A DNA stretch of 51,109 nt from a virus (IMGVR_UViG_3300035493_000046:1-51109), one strand, 5' to 3'; counted from the stretch's first letter, positions 10,680-18,830 are shown. Notes: a model not told the origin generated them from the sequence alone. Numbers and translations are program-made.

Positions 10680-11194
10680 TGGAATATAATTTTGGAGAAA
10701 GTCTAGGAGTGAATGGTGTTTTAGAAATGAAAACCATTTGCAATGTGACTGGAGAAGTTTTAGATACATTTTGTGATAAGAATGTTGTCTTGAATATTGG
10801 TAAAGAAAGTCTTTTAAAATCATTCACAACACTAGACACAAATCAGTTTGTCATCAATAAGCTTACCATAGGAAATGATGTTGGGGTTGGTGGTGATGTT
10901 CTCTCACCAATTATGGCAACCGCTAATATGAACCAATCGGAGATGTCTCCATTGTATGAGGTCACTGGTGTGGCTTTCACTATAACTTATCCAACTCAGA
11001 CAAGCGTTAGATTTCGTGCCTTACTGAACGGCGAAGAAGTAATGTCGAACTATCCGACACTTCCTAACATTGTATATACATCTGCAATGCTAACAAATCT
11101 TGGTGGTAGTGCTTTTTCTTATAGACGATTTCCTGGTAGAACAATCAGTTCACTGATTTCAGTTGAAATCAGTTGGACAATAACCTTAGTATAG
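10679..11194 (+). CDS. Baseplate/tail-fibre connector structural protein
   Basis: KNVVLN.GK...IGN and FSYRRFP..TIS....I.WTI pattern typical of myovirus baseplate proteins; synteny. Confidence 0.5.
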   Translation: MEYNFGESLGVNGVLEMKTICNVTGEVLDTFCDKNVVLNIGKESLLKSFTTLDTNQFVINKLTIGNDVGVGGDVLSPIMATANMNQSEMSPLYEVTGVAFTITYPTQTSVRFRALLNGEEVMSNYPTLPNIVYTSAMLTNLGGSAFSYRRFPGRTISSLISVEISWTITLV

Positions 11195-11203
11195 GAATCT
11201 TTT

Positions 11204-11698
11204 ATGAATATTGATTTAAGTTCAGTCAGATTTATTAAGAATGGTGAACCGCATGATGCGTCTGTCTATAATCGACCATTCTATGATTATACTGATGCAT
11301 TAGAAGAATATGTAGGCAATGTTCAGTTATCCCTTTTTGATGCCAGAGACGAAACAATTGATGCTAGGGATATTGCAGTTCAAGCAAAAATTGATATGGA
11401 AGAAAATCGTGACTTAACTCTTGGGTATAGAAATGATGCACTTAACGCACAAAACGGTTCAAAGTTTTATAGAGATGAATCCGAATCATTTAGTATAACT
11501 TCAACCAATGCTAGTGTTGCCGCTATAAATAGTGTTATCCCTGTAATGGAAGCACAAGCCTTAACCAACGCATTGCTTGGGTTAGGCGTAGGAACAAGCA
11601 TCATTGATAACAATGGTAACTTGATTATGACGTATTTTGAATATTCTGTTAATGATTTAAAAATCAATAACAGTGGCGAATTGATTTTATCATATTAG
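11204..11698 (+). CDS. Tail fibre attachment / short fibre protein
   Basis: FIKNGEP.DASVYNRP N-terminus, coiled coil, two DNNGNLIMTY-type hairpins. Confidence 0.45.
   Translation: MNIDLSSVRFIKNGEPHDASVYNRPFYDYTDALEEYVGNVQLSLFDARDETIDARDIAVQAKIDMEENRDLTLGYRNDALNAQNGSKFYRDESESFSITSTNASVAAINSVIPVMEAQALTNALLGLGVGTSIIDNNGNLIMTYFEYSVNDLKINNSGELILSY
11524..11531 (+). promoter_or_regulatory. Putative T4-type late promoter upstream of the DGR target gene
   Basis: TATAAATA about 180 nt before ATG 11712. Confidence 0.45.
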
Positions 11699-11711
11699 GA
11701 GAAATTTGATA

Positions 11712-13568
11712 ATGGCTACAATTAACTTAGGACGAGTTAAACCAATAAACCGTGGGGTTTATGTTAGTTCACAGGTTTATAACTTATTGGACATCGTTAG
11801 TCATGGTGGTATTGGTTATATTGCCGACCAAAACGGTATCACTGGATCGTTTAATGCTACACGATGGACACCCATTGGGGATTATGCACAAATCGTAAGT
11901 GATGGTGAAGTTGACAGTGCAAAAACATGGTCAAGTCAGAAGATTAGCGAAGAATTGGCTAGTACAGCAGGAAGATTAATCAATAAGCCTGTTATTACAT
12001 CACCCGCGAGTGGTACTACTGATTATACTGGAGCAGTTACTGCAACGTATAGCACAGATGAAAGCTATCAAGGTACACAAGACTACGTTAAATGGGAAGC
12101 TAGTACAGATTCATCATTTAATACTATCGTTGATTCTTATGAAGGTTCTAGCAATCTATTGACATGGACACCATCCATCGGTGCGCCATTAACAACTGTT
12201 TATATTCGTGTTAAACAAGGATCAGACGGTCATAGAAGTGAATGGTCAGAAAGTATTAATTTCACTACCCCTGATGTGTATGTAGTAGCACCTACCGTAA
12301 GTGTTAGCGGAAGCCCTGATAATATAACACAAATTCCAGTATTAAGTACAAACGCATTCAGTGTTTTTAATGGGTCTGATACCCATGCAAGCACGGATTA
12401 TCAAGTTGTAAGAACAAGTGACAGCGTTGTGGTTTGGGAAAGCCTTAATAACGTAACAGATTTACTTAGCATTTCTGTTCCAGGTGGTTTTTTGGAAATC
12501 AACACAGAATATACATTCAAGGCTAGACATAATGGTACTACTTATGCGGGTTCTTATGGCGAGGTCACATTTACAACGGCTAACGTATATGTAGAAACTC
12601 CTACTTTAACTGTAGAAGGTTCACCTGATGATGTTCCTGAAACTCCAGTATTAAGCACATCATCGTTTAGTGTTTTTAATGGTAGTGATACTCATGTAAG
12701 TACAGATTGGGAAATTCGTTTAACGGCTGACAATTCATTGATTTGGTCTAGTATGAATAACACAACGAACAAGTTCTCTATTGTTGTTCCTGCTAGTTAC
12801 TTATTAGAGGGTACTTCTTATAAGTTTAGAGTGCGTCATAATGGAGATACTTATGGTTCGAGTTCATGGGCTGAAGTGACTGCTACTACAAAGGCTGAAT
12901 ATTTTGACCCATTAACTGATGACCCTGTTCCAATTGGAACGCTTTGGGAAGGTGGGTATTATGCTGGTAAAATGCAACAAGACGATGGTATCTATGCATT
13001 GATTGTTGCCCCAAGAGGGTTAGGCGATAATAATGGTGCTACTATAACTTGGCATAGTTCTAGTGTAGATACAACTGGCGCGGCATCTACTTATGACGGC
13101 TTTACTAACACCCAAGATATGATTTCATATACTAACGGAGGTGTCAAAACATGGATTCAGAATGTTAATAGTACAGGAATCAATGGGTTTAATGATTGGT
13201 ATTTGCCAGCTATACATGAACTGCAGTTACTTTATAGAAACCTAAAGCCTACCACAGATACTAACTATATTAGTATTATAAATATTGGTGATGGTTGTAC
13301 TAGATTAGGTACTGGTGCTAACCCTCATAGCGTTCCAACCAGCACAGCAAATACATCAAGTGTTCCTGCGCAGACTAGCATCACTGATTTCCAAACTGGA
13401 GGAAGTGAAGCATTCCTTTCGACCTATTATTGGTCTAGTTCAGAACGATGTGATTCTCCCGCTGGCGCCTGGGGACTGGGCTTCTTCGGTGGGAGCGTGG
13501 ACGGCACCATTGAGGGCAAGGGCGGTGGCTACTACGTTCGTGCAGTCCGCAGAATGAAGCTGTCGTAG
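11712..13568 (+). CDS. DGR target: tail fibre/receptor-binding protein with three FN3/Ig-like repeats and a C-terminal C-type-lectin-fold (DUF1566/Lcl-like) domain
   Basis: Repeats P.L.T..FSVFNGSDTH.STD..V; GFNDWYLPAIHEL, YYWSSSE..AW..F..G.....YVRAVRR; ATG 11712 after AGGAG; VR in the last codons. Confidence 0.9.
   Translation: MATINLGRVKPINRGVYVSSQVYNLLDIVSHGGIGYIADQNGITGSFNATRWTPIGDYAQIVSDGEVDSAKTWSSQKISEELASTAGRLINKPVITSPASGTTDYTGAVTATYSTDESYQGTQDYVKWEASTDSSFNTIVDSYEGSSNLLTWTPSIGAPLTTVYIRVKQGSDGHRSEWSESINFTTPDVYVVAPTVSVSGSPDNITQIPVLSTNAFSVFNGSDTHASTDYQVVRTSDSVVVWESLNNVTDLLSISVPGGFLEINTEYTFKARHNGTTYAGSYGEVTFTTANVYVETPTLTVEGSPDDVPETPVLSTSSFSVFNGSDTHVSTDWEIRLTADNSLIWSSMNNTTNKFSIVVPASYLLEGTSYKFRVRHNGDTYGSSSWAEVTATTKAEYFDPLTDDPVPIGTLWEGGYYAGKMQQDDGIYALIVAPRGLGDNNGATITWHSSSVDTTGAASTYDGFTNTQDMISYTNGGVKTWIQNVNSTGINGFNDWYLPAIHELQLLYRNLKPTTDTNYISIINIGDGCTRLGTGANPHSVPTSTANTSSVPAQTSITDFQTGGSEAFLSTYYWSSSERCDSPAGAWGLGFFGGSVDGTIEGKGGGYYVRAVRRMKLS
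13459..13551 (+). repeat. DGR variable repeat (VR); invariant 3' segment (IMH-like) CTACGTTCGTGCAGTCCGCA
   Basis: Aligns to 14310-14396 with 25 substitutions at TR adenines, one T->G and a 6-nt insertion. Confidence 0.95.
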
Positions 13569-13576
13569 ACAGCTTC
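13556..13576 (+). promoter_or_regulatory. DGR cis-acting hairpin/cruciform 3' of VR
   Basis: GAAGCTGTC-GTA-GACAGCTTC: 9-bp stem, GNA triloop, 4 nt after the end of VR/TR identity, overlapping the TAG stop. Confidence 0.85.
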
Positions 13577-13600
13577 TCGCTCTAGCCCACGGCAGCTAAA

Positions 13601-13648
13601 GGGTGCGACTGCACCCGTCCTGGCGCACTTAAGTGCGCTGCTTTTTTA
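13601..13648 (+). terminator. Two further hairpins; the second is a likely intrinsic terminator
   Basis: GGGTGC-GACT-GCACCC (13601-13616) and palindrome GCGCACTTAAGTGCGC (13623-13638) followed by a T-run. Confidence 0.65.
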
Positions 13649-13670
13649 TATTAAATATATAAGAACTTAG

Positions 13671-13710
13671 TTGACAACGAGAGCATTATCTAATATAATG
13701 CTCTCGTTGT
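13671..13710 (+). promoter_or_regulatory. Consensus sigma70 promoter for avd-TR overlapped by a 16-bp inverted repeat
   Basis: TTGACA(13671)-17 nt-TATAAT(13694); ACAACGAGAGCATTAT/ATAATGCTCTCGTTGT. Confidence 0.85.
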
Positions 13711-13732
13711 TTAACTTTAGTGTGGAGGGAAA

Positions 13733-14143
13733 ATGAATAAAGCAAAACCAACAAAGAGCAAAAGTTACGAGGACTTGCCAATCTACAAAGAAATATACGA
13801 TACAAACGTATATCTAGTTGCAGCGGTAAGAAATGCTCCAAGAAACTATAGAACTCATGTTGAAGACTTGATTCACTCTACACTAAAGGTTTCGGAACTG
13901 TGTTATCGTGCTAGTACAACCACATCAAACAAAAATCCTGAAAAGAAATTGCGTTTGATAAGTGAACTCCTAGATGAAGTATCAGTAGTCTTGTTTAAGG
14001 CTAAACTTCTTGGAGAGCCTAGTGTCCGAGTTCTGTCAATTAAGCAATATGCCCGAATCTCTAAAGGACTACACGACATTAGAGAACAAGCTTCTAAGTG
14101 GTTAAAAAGCACTGAACGAAGACTGGGACAGTCCGTTTACTGA
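13733..14143 (+). CDS. avd: DGR accessory variability determinant (four-helix bundle)
   Basis: Basic 136-aa helical protein, DLPIY...PR.YR...S.KQY...L..I..Q...W.K pattern, lying between VR and TR; GGAGG SD. Confidence 0.85.
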   Translation: MNKAKPTKSKSYEDLPIYKEIYDTNVYLVAAVRNAPRNYRTHVEDLIHSTLKVSELCYRASTTTSNKNPEKKLRLISELLDEVSVVLFKAKLLGEPSVRVLSIKQYARISKGLHDIREQASKWLKSTERRLGQSVY

Positions 14144-14444
14144 ATTTGTGTAACCAAGGTCGCACAAACAGTTAAAGGATTTAAGAATGAATTTAAATCT
14201 GGTGATCACCATCGAGAGATGGAATAGTACAAAACAAACAAGGTAGAAAAGTTTCATCAAAGGCATTTTATTGCGCTCCCTTGATTGCTTTTAAAATTGA
14301 TCATAGTTTCCACTAACGCATGGATACTGAACTTCAACAATGGAAACGTGAACAACAACAATAAGAACAATGACAACTACGTTCGTGCAGTCCGCAAGTT
14401 TGAATTCATTTTAATTTAATCAGCCCCTTAATTGGGGCTTTTTT
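14144..14444 (+). ncRNA. Predicted DGR template RNA (5' leader + TR + 3' spacer)
   Basis: Non-coding; 14184-14198 pairs with 14398-14412; CCATC-GAGA-GATGG GNRA hairpin at 14209-14222; ends at a terminator. Confidence 0.6.
14310..14396 (+). repeat. DGR template repeat (TR), 87 bp, AAC/AAT-rich
   Basis: act aac gca tgg ata ctg aac ttc aac aat gga aac gtg aac aac aac aat aag aac aat gac aac tac gtt cgt gca gtc cgc; 12 AAY codons. Confidence 0.95.
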
Positions 14445-14446
14445 GT
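14422..14446 (+). terminator. Intrinsic terminator, copy 1 of 3 identical
   Basis: AGCCCCTTAATTGGGGCTTTTTTGT. Confidence 0.8.
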
Positions 14447-14458
14447 GAGGTAATATTT

Positions 14459-15541
14459 TTGGAAATAACCATAGAGGAACTATATCAAGCTTATTATGAC
14501 TGTAGAAAGAATAAGACAAACAAAGAATCTATCATAGAATTTCAGATGGACTTGGAAAAGAATCTTTCTGATTTATTTGTTGAACTGAAAACTAGAACAT
14601 ATAAACCATCAACATCCATCGTTTTCGTTAATTTAAAACCTAAGCCAAGAGAAGTTTGGGCGGCAAACTTCAGAGATCGAGTTGTACATCATGTCCTATA
14701 TAACAGAATGGCAGATGGCTTCCATAAAAGATTTAGTGCAGACTCATGTGCTTGCATACCGGGTAGAGGAACACTATATGGTGTAAACCGTTTAGAATCT
14801 CATATCAGAAAATTCACCAAAAACTGGACAGAAGATAAGTTTTACCTAAAATGCGATTTTCAAAGTTTCTTTGTTTCTATCGACAAAAATATTTTGTTTG
14901 ATATTCTATCAAAATACATTAAAGACGATTTTTCGAAATGGTTAACTCATGTAATTTTGTTCCATAACCCAACAACAGATTACGAGATTCGGTCAGCAAA
15001 AACATTGTTTAAGCTTATCCCAGATTATAAATCTCTTTTCTTTTCTTTAATTGGGTTTGGATTGCCAATAGGAAATCTCTCAAGTCAGTTCTTTGCTAAT
15101 GTATTAGTTGATGTATTAGACCAATATATAAAGAGGGTGCTAAAGGTAAAATATTACATACGTTATGTTGATGACTTTATCATCTTAGGAAACACCACAC
15201 AAGAACTAAAAGAAATTTTAGAAAAAGTTGATAAATTCTCAAAGGAAAAATTAAACCTGACACTAAATCCTAAGAAAACAATCATTCAGCCGATTAACAA
15301 TGGGGTTGACTTTGTTGGTTGGGTTATAAAACCACACAGAAAGCAGATAAGAACGAGAACTTACAGAGCAATCCTCAATACGTTTGGAGAAGGTGTTGAT
15401 CCAGATTCCATAAATTCATATATTGGGTTGATGCACCATTCAAACGATTACAATAGACGAAGATATGTTTGCCATCTTTCGCAAATGTCTGGATATTCGA
15501 TAAATTCTCATTATAAATATATACATAAACCAAACCAATAG
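14459..15541 (+). CDS. DGR reverse transcriptase
   Basis: PKPREVWAANFRDRVVHH, GRGT, LKCDF..FF.SI, GLPIGNLSSQFFAN, RYVDDF, GVDFVG; likely TTG start at 14459 after GAGG (the track start 14432 lies inside the terminator). Confidence 0.97.
   Translation: MEITIEELYQAYYDCRKNKTNKESIIEFQMDLEKNLSDLFVELKTRTYKPSTSIVFVNLKPKPREVWAANFRDRVVHHVLYNRMADGFHKRFSADSCACIPGRGTLYGVNRLESHIRKFTKNWTEDKFYLKCDFQSFFVSIDKNILFDILSKYIKDDFSKWLTHVILFHNPTTDYEIRSAKTLFKLIPDYKSLFFSLIGFGLPIGNLSSQFFANVLVDVLDQYIKRVLKVKYYIRYVDDFIILGNTTQELKEILEKVDKFSKEKLNLTLNPKKTIIQPINNGVDFVGWVIKPHRKQIRTRTYRAILNTFGEGVDPDSINSYIGLMHHSNDYNRRRYVCHLSQMSGYSINSHYKYIHKPNQ
15512..15519 (+). promoter_or_regulatory. T4-type late promoter in the RT 3' end
   Basis: TATAAATA about 30 nt before ATG 15551. 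Confidence 0.65.
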
Positions 15542-15550
15542 GAGAAATAA

Positions 15551-16210
15551 ATGCAATACATCAATACAAATGACCTAACAATCTTTAACACGCTAGGTGA
15601 AGTTAGAAAAGCAATCGTCCCTAATTCTATTCCACGTATCCCTACACGCACCGAATTAAACAATGTTGGCGTGGACTACTTATATGATTATGTTCCGCAT
15701 GATTCAATCCTTACCATTCCTGTAAGGGGTGAACCATATTACAATGAGGAACAAAACCGTTGGCAATATAGCTATACCTTTGCTCCTAAGAATCAAACGG
15801 AAGAATCCGCTAACACTTTCGTTCAAGATGAATTGAAAAAGGCTAAGGAATCCACACGCACAAGATTAGAAAAAACAATGCAAGAGAAAGTGAATGAATT
15901 TACTTCTAAAGCACCCTTTGCTGAAATTGTGTCATACGATAAACAAGAAGCCGAAGCTAGAGCGTATTTAATTGATAACACCACAAACACGCCATATCTT
16001 GAGATTCTAGCCCAATCTCGTGGACTTAATGAAACCATTGAGGAATTGGCAATCAAGGTTGTAGCAAACTCTGACCAATACTGTGTTGCTCATGCTATGT
16101 TGCTTGGTGAGTATCAAAAGTTAATTAGAACACTCAATGGAATGGAAGCCGATACTTCTACCATTGACCAAGTGTTAAAAGATATTGATTCATTGCAGTT
16201 TGCAGGCTAA
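15551..16210 (+). CDS. Tail fibre assembly chaperone-like protein
   Basis: E..SYDKQEAEARAY....TP.L..LA..RG.....LA.KV..N motif typical of genes downstream of fibres. Confidence 0.65.
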   Translation: MQYINTNDLTIFNTLGEVRKAIVPNSIPRIPTRTELNNVGVDYLYDYVPHDSILTIPVRGEPYYNEEQNRWQYSYTFAPKNQTEESANTFVQDELKKAKESTRTRLEKTMQEKVNEFTSKAPFAEIVSYDKQEAEARAYLIDNTTNTPYLEILAQSRGLNETIEELAIKVVANSDQYCVAHAMLLGEYQKLIRTLNGMEADTSTIDQVLKDIDSLQFAG

Positions 16211-16216
16211 TAACTT

Positions 16217-16474
16217 ATGGAAAGAGTCAAATTACAACTTCTAAGGCTATCTGCTTGGGCTAGTCAGACAGTCAATGTTTGGTTATTATTTGGACACCAT
16301 GACCAAACAGTGTCTGCTAGATGTTATGTTAATCGACATAAAAAAGGTTGGAAGTTTTTCTATTACTTGATTAATATGATTTTCTTTTGGCAAGATGACC
16401 ATTGTAGAGATTCTTTTACTCAAGATGTTTTGTTCTCAGAAGAAGTCATTAAATCAAATCTAACTGACTATTAG
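16217..16474 (+). CDS. Small conserved fibre-associated phage protein
   Basis: SQ.VN..L.GH.DQTVSAR...IN.IFFWQDDHC pattern. Confidence 0.6.
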   Translation: MERVKLQLLRLSAWASQTVNVWLLFGHHDQTVSARCYVNRHKKGWKFFYYLINMIFFWQDDHCRDSFTQDVLFSEEVIKSNLTDY

Positions 16475-16478
16475 CAAA

Positions 16479-16506
16479 AATGTGGGCAAAACAAATTGCC
16501 CACATT
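16479..16506. terminator. Hairpin, possible terminator
   Basis: AATGTGGGCAA/TTGCCCACATT 11-bp stem just after a stop codon. Confidence 0.5.
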
Positions 16507-16589
16507 CCCATCCTCATCAAATTTTCCTGTTTTGAATAAATATATAAAGTGACGAGAAGTGGACAATATACTTCATAAGGAAAAATGAA

Positions 16590-17417
16590 ATGGCAAAAAT
16601 TTTAAGACGTATTGGTTTTACGAAAGGTTTACCAGAAGAACTAGCGGCACGTTTGCAAGTCTCTAATCTAGTTGACGATGCAACAACTCCAGATGGTTCA
16701 ACTGCATTTGACGATACCGCTCTAAGTGCTAATGCAACTAAGACCGCATTATCTGCTAAAGTTGACACATCAAGTATTGTAAATGATTTAACCACTGGTG
16801 GCACAACCGTTCCATTATCTGCTCAACAGGGCGTTGAACTTAAACAACTGATTGATGGTATGGCTAATGGTTTGTCTTATAAAGGTGCATTCGATGCTTC
16901 TGTAGAGACATCATTCCCATCGGATACCATTCAAGGCGACTTCTATAAAGTATCAGGTGATGGTACTGTAGATGGCCTTGAGTTGAAAGTCGGTGATATG
17001 ATTATTGCCAATGCTGATGTAGTAGGTGCAACCTCTGCCTCTGATTGGGATAAGATCGATAACACCGAATCTGCTGACTTGTTGCGTGATGGCGATGTAT
17101 CAACTGATTCTGATTTTACAGTTGACCCTACAAAGCTAACTGACCGTGCAACCATCAAGGCATTAGTAGAAGCGGCATCCGCCGCCATTACCCCTAAAGT
17201 GATTAACGAAACTGTTACTCTTTCAGGTGATACCGCTACATTAAGCCATGAACCTGCTAATGGCGTTATCTTCATGGGCTATGTACAGGTTAACAACGGT
17301 GATGGTACATTCGACTTAGTTGCTGCTTCTGTTTCTGGAAATACTTTAACAGTTCTTCCAGAAACCACTGGTGAGTACACAGGAAAACAAACCATTGTAT
17401 CGTATATGTACTTCTAA
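16590..17417 (+). CDS. Fibre/structural protein
   Basis: VNDLTTGGTTVPLSAQQG repeat and YKG.FDA..GDFY.V..VGD.II..W.KIDN domain shared with 28264-29229. Confidence 0.65.
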   Translation: MAKILRRIGFTKGLPEELAARLQVSNLVDDATTPDGSTAFDDTALSANATKTALSAKVDTSSIVNDLTTGGTTVPLSAQQGVELKQLIDGMANGLSYKGAFDASVETSFPSDTIQGDFYKVSGDGTVDGLELKVGDMIIANADVVGATSASDWDKIDNTESADLLRDGDVSTDSDFTVDPTKLTDRATIKALVEAASAAITPKVINETVTLSGDTATLSHEPANGVIFMGYVQVNNGDGTFDLVAASVSGNTLTVLPETTGEYTGKQTIVSYMYF

Positions 17418-17446
17418 GTAACTCCTTAGAAAAGCTATACAAATTT

Positions 17447-17481
17447 AGCCCCTTAATTGGGGCTTTTTTGTGATATAAATA
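17447..17481 (+). terminator. Terminator copy 2 followed by late promoter TATAAATA (17474-17481)
   Basis: AGCCCCTTAATTGGGGCTTTTTTGTGA then TATAAATA. Confidence 0.8.
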
Positions 17482-17509
17482 TGATATATGCAATAAAAGG
17501 TAAAAACTT

Positions 17510-17704
17510 ATGGCTATCTTTAGAGGTCAGAAAAGAAGTTTCGTTGATGAAATCAAACAATCAGGTGTAGTGACTGAAACTGAATATGAAGCCAGAATGC
17601 AAGTTTTAATGCAAAGAATAGAACAGATTGAAAACACCCAAGAAAACATAACAGGCATTTTCGATGAAGAAGGGAATCTAGTATTAGATTTTGGTGAATA
17701 TTAA
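17510..17704 (+). CDS. Small structural protein
   Basis: Follows a late promoter; coiled coil plus DEEGNLVLDF. Confidence 0.6.
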   Translation: MAIFRGQKRSFVDEIKQSGVVTETEYEARMQVLMQRIEQIENTQENITGIFDEEGNLVLDFGEY

Positions 17705-18398
17705 TGTCAGACTTTCTATGTGCCCTTACCAATAAAATAAACACCCTTACTGATGTTGTTAATAAACTACAAGGTTCGGGCGGTTTATTAACAGACACTA
17801 AACTTGATGGAACCATACTCGGTAGACTAAATAGCTTAGAGTCAGAGGTATCAGGTGGTTCTGGTGTCACCGAAACGACTGTTGCTAGATTAAAAGTCGA
17901 GAAAGGTGTACAAATATCGGACAATGGTAAATTCACACTTGAATATACTCCCATTGATGGACAAATCGTTAATGGCCAGGCTCATATTAATAATGGTGAT
18001 GGGACAGAGGATATTTGGGGAAATGTTCTATTCACCGATAAAGATGGTGTATTGGTTGGTGCTGGTGATATATATATGATGGACTAACCTTAACAGTAAC
18101 TTATCTATATGCAGAAGCTATTACTCGATATGACTATTCTTTTGTTTCTGTGACGAATGAGTTTGTTCATAATTTAAATCAACACATGGGTTCATCTTAT
18201 GCCATTGCTGTTAAGGTTTATCCAATATCACCTACAGTAACACTAAAATGGGAAAATGTTTTAGACTCGAATGATTTTGTTGAAGATGAAATCACTACAT
18301 ACCATGAAAGAATATTATATGAACCTGATATGTTCGTTAGTTTGTATTTAACAGGGTCAGCAGATGTGTCTATTATTATTAGACAAACTATAGGATAG
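17704..18398 (+). pseudogene. Structural gene frameshifted at an (AT)5 tract (track ORFs 17704-18087 and 18150-18398)
   Basis: Removing one AT from 18068-18077 gives one 230-aa ORF (..GDIYDGLTLTVTYLYAEA..), matching the paralogous end EYTGKQTIVSYMY of 16590-17417. Confidence 0.75.
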
Positions 18399-18400
18399 GA

Positions 18401-18826
18401 ATGATGAGAGCGATTGATGTTAATAATGTTCGTTGGGTAATGTATCTAAAGAATGGAAAAATCATTGTAGAGAACCACGACAAAGGTAGAACGTGGAAGA
18501 AGTGTTACAAGAATAACTATGGAAACATCGAAGCAGTCTGCATCCAAATTATTCCTAAAGCCGAACGTCATTTTGTCACTCCCTCCCCCACTGGCGAATA
18601 TTGGACATTCGAGGATATGTCTGTTATATCAGGACAAGCTAGACCAACTCATATTGCAAGAAACCTATGTTCAATGCAGTATGTTAATATAGAAGAACAA
18701 GAATCTTATTGGTCGGTACTAACAATTTATGGTGATGGAAATGTAAAAGAATCTATCAAAACAGGGTCTGAGATCAACTACGAGTCCCTAACATTTGTCA
18801 ACAGAGAAGAAAAGAACTGGATATAG
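18401..18826 (+). CDS. Hypothetical protein
   Basis: 141-aa ORF tightly packed in the operon. Confidence 0.7.
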   Translation: MMRAIDVNNVRWVMYLKNGKIIVENHDKGRTWKKCYKNNYGNIEAVCIQIIPKAERHFVTPSPTGEYWTFEDMSVISGQARPTHIARNLCSMQYVNIEEQESYWSVLTIYGDGNVKESIKTGSEINYESLTFVNREEKNWI

Positions 18827-18830
18827 AAAA

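Larger units (their letters stand above)
11712..15541 (+). mobile_element. Diversity-generating retroelement cassette (target-VR, avd, TR, RT)
   Basis: VR/TR pair differing almost only at TR adenines; avd-like gene; RT with SQ and YVDD motifs; cis hairpin after VR. Confidence 0.97.

Noticed and set aside
11970-12900. Internal DNA similarity among FN3-like repeats as a second TR/VR pair
   Set aside because: Differences are not adenine-specific; ordinary domain duplication
14459-15541. RT as a retron, group II intron or defence RT
   Set aside because: It has the DGR-type GNLSSQ motif, adjacent avd and an adenine-specific TR/VR pair; no maturase/endonuclease extension
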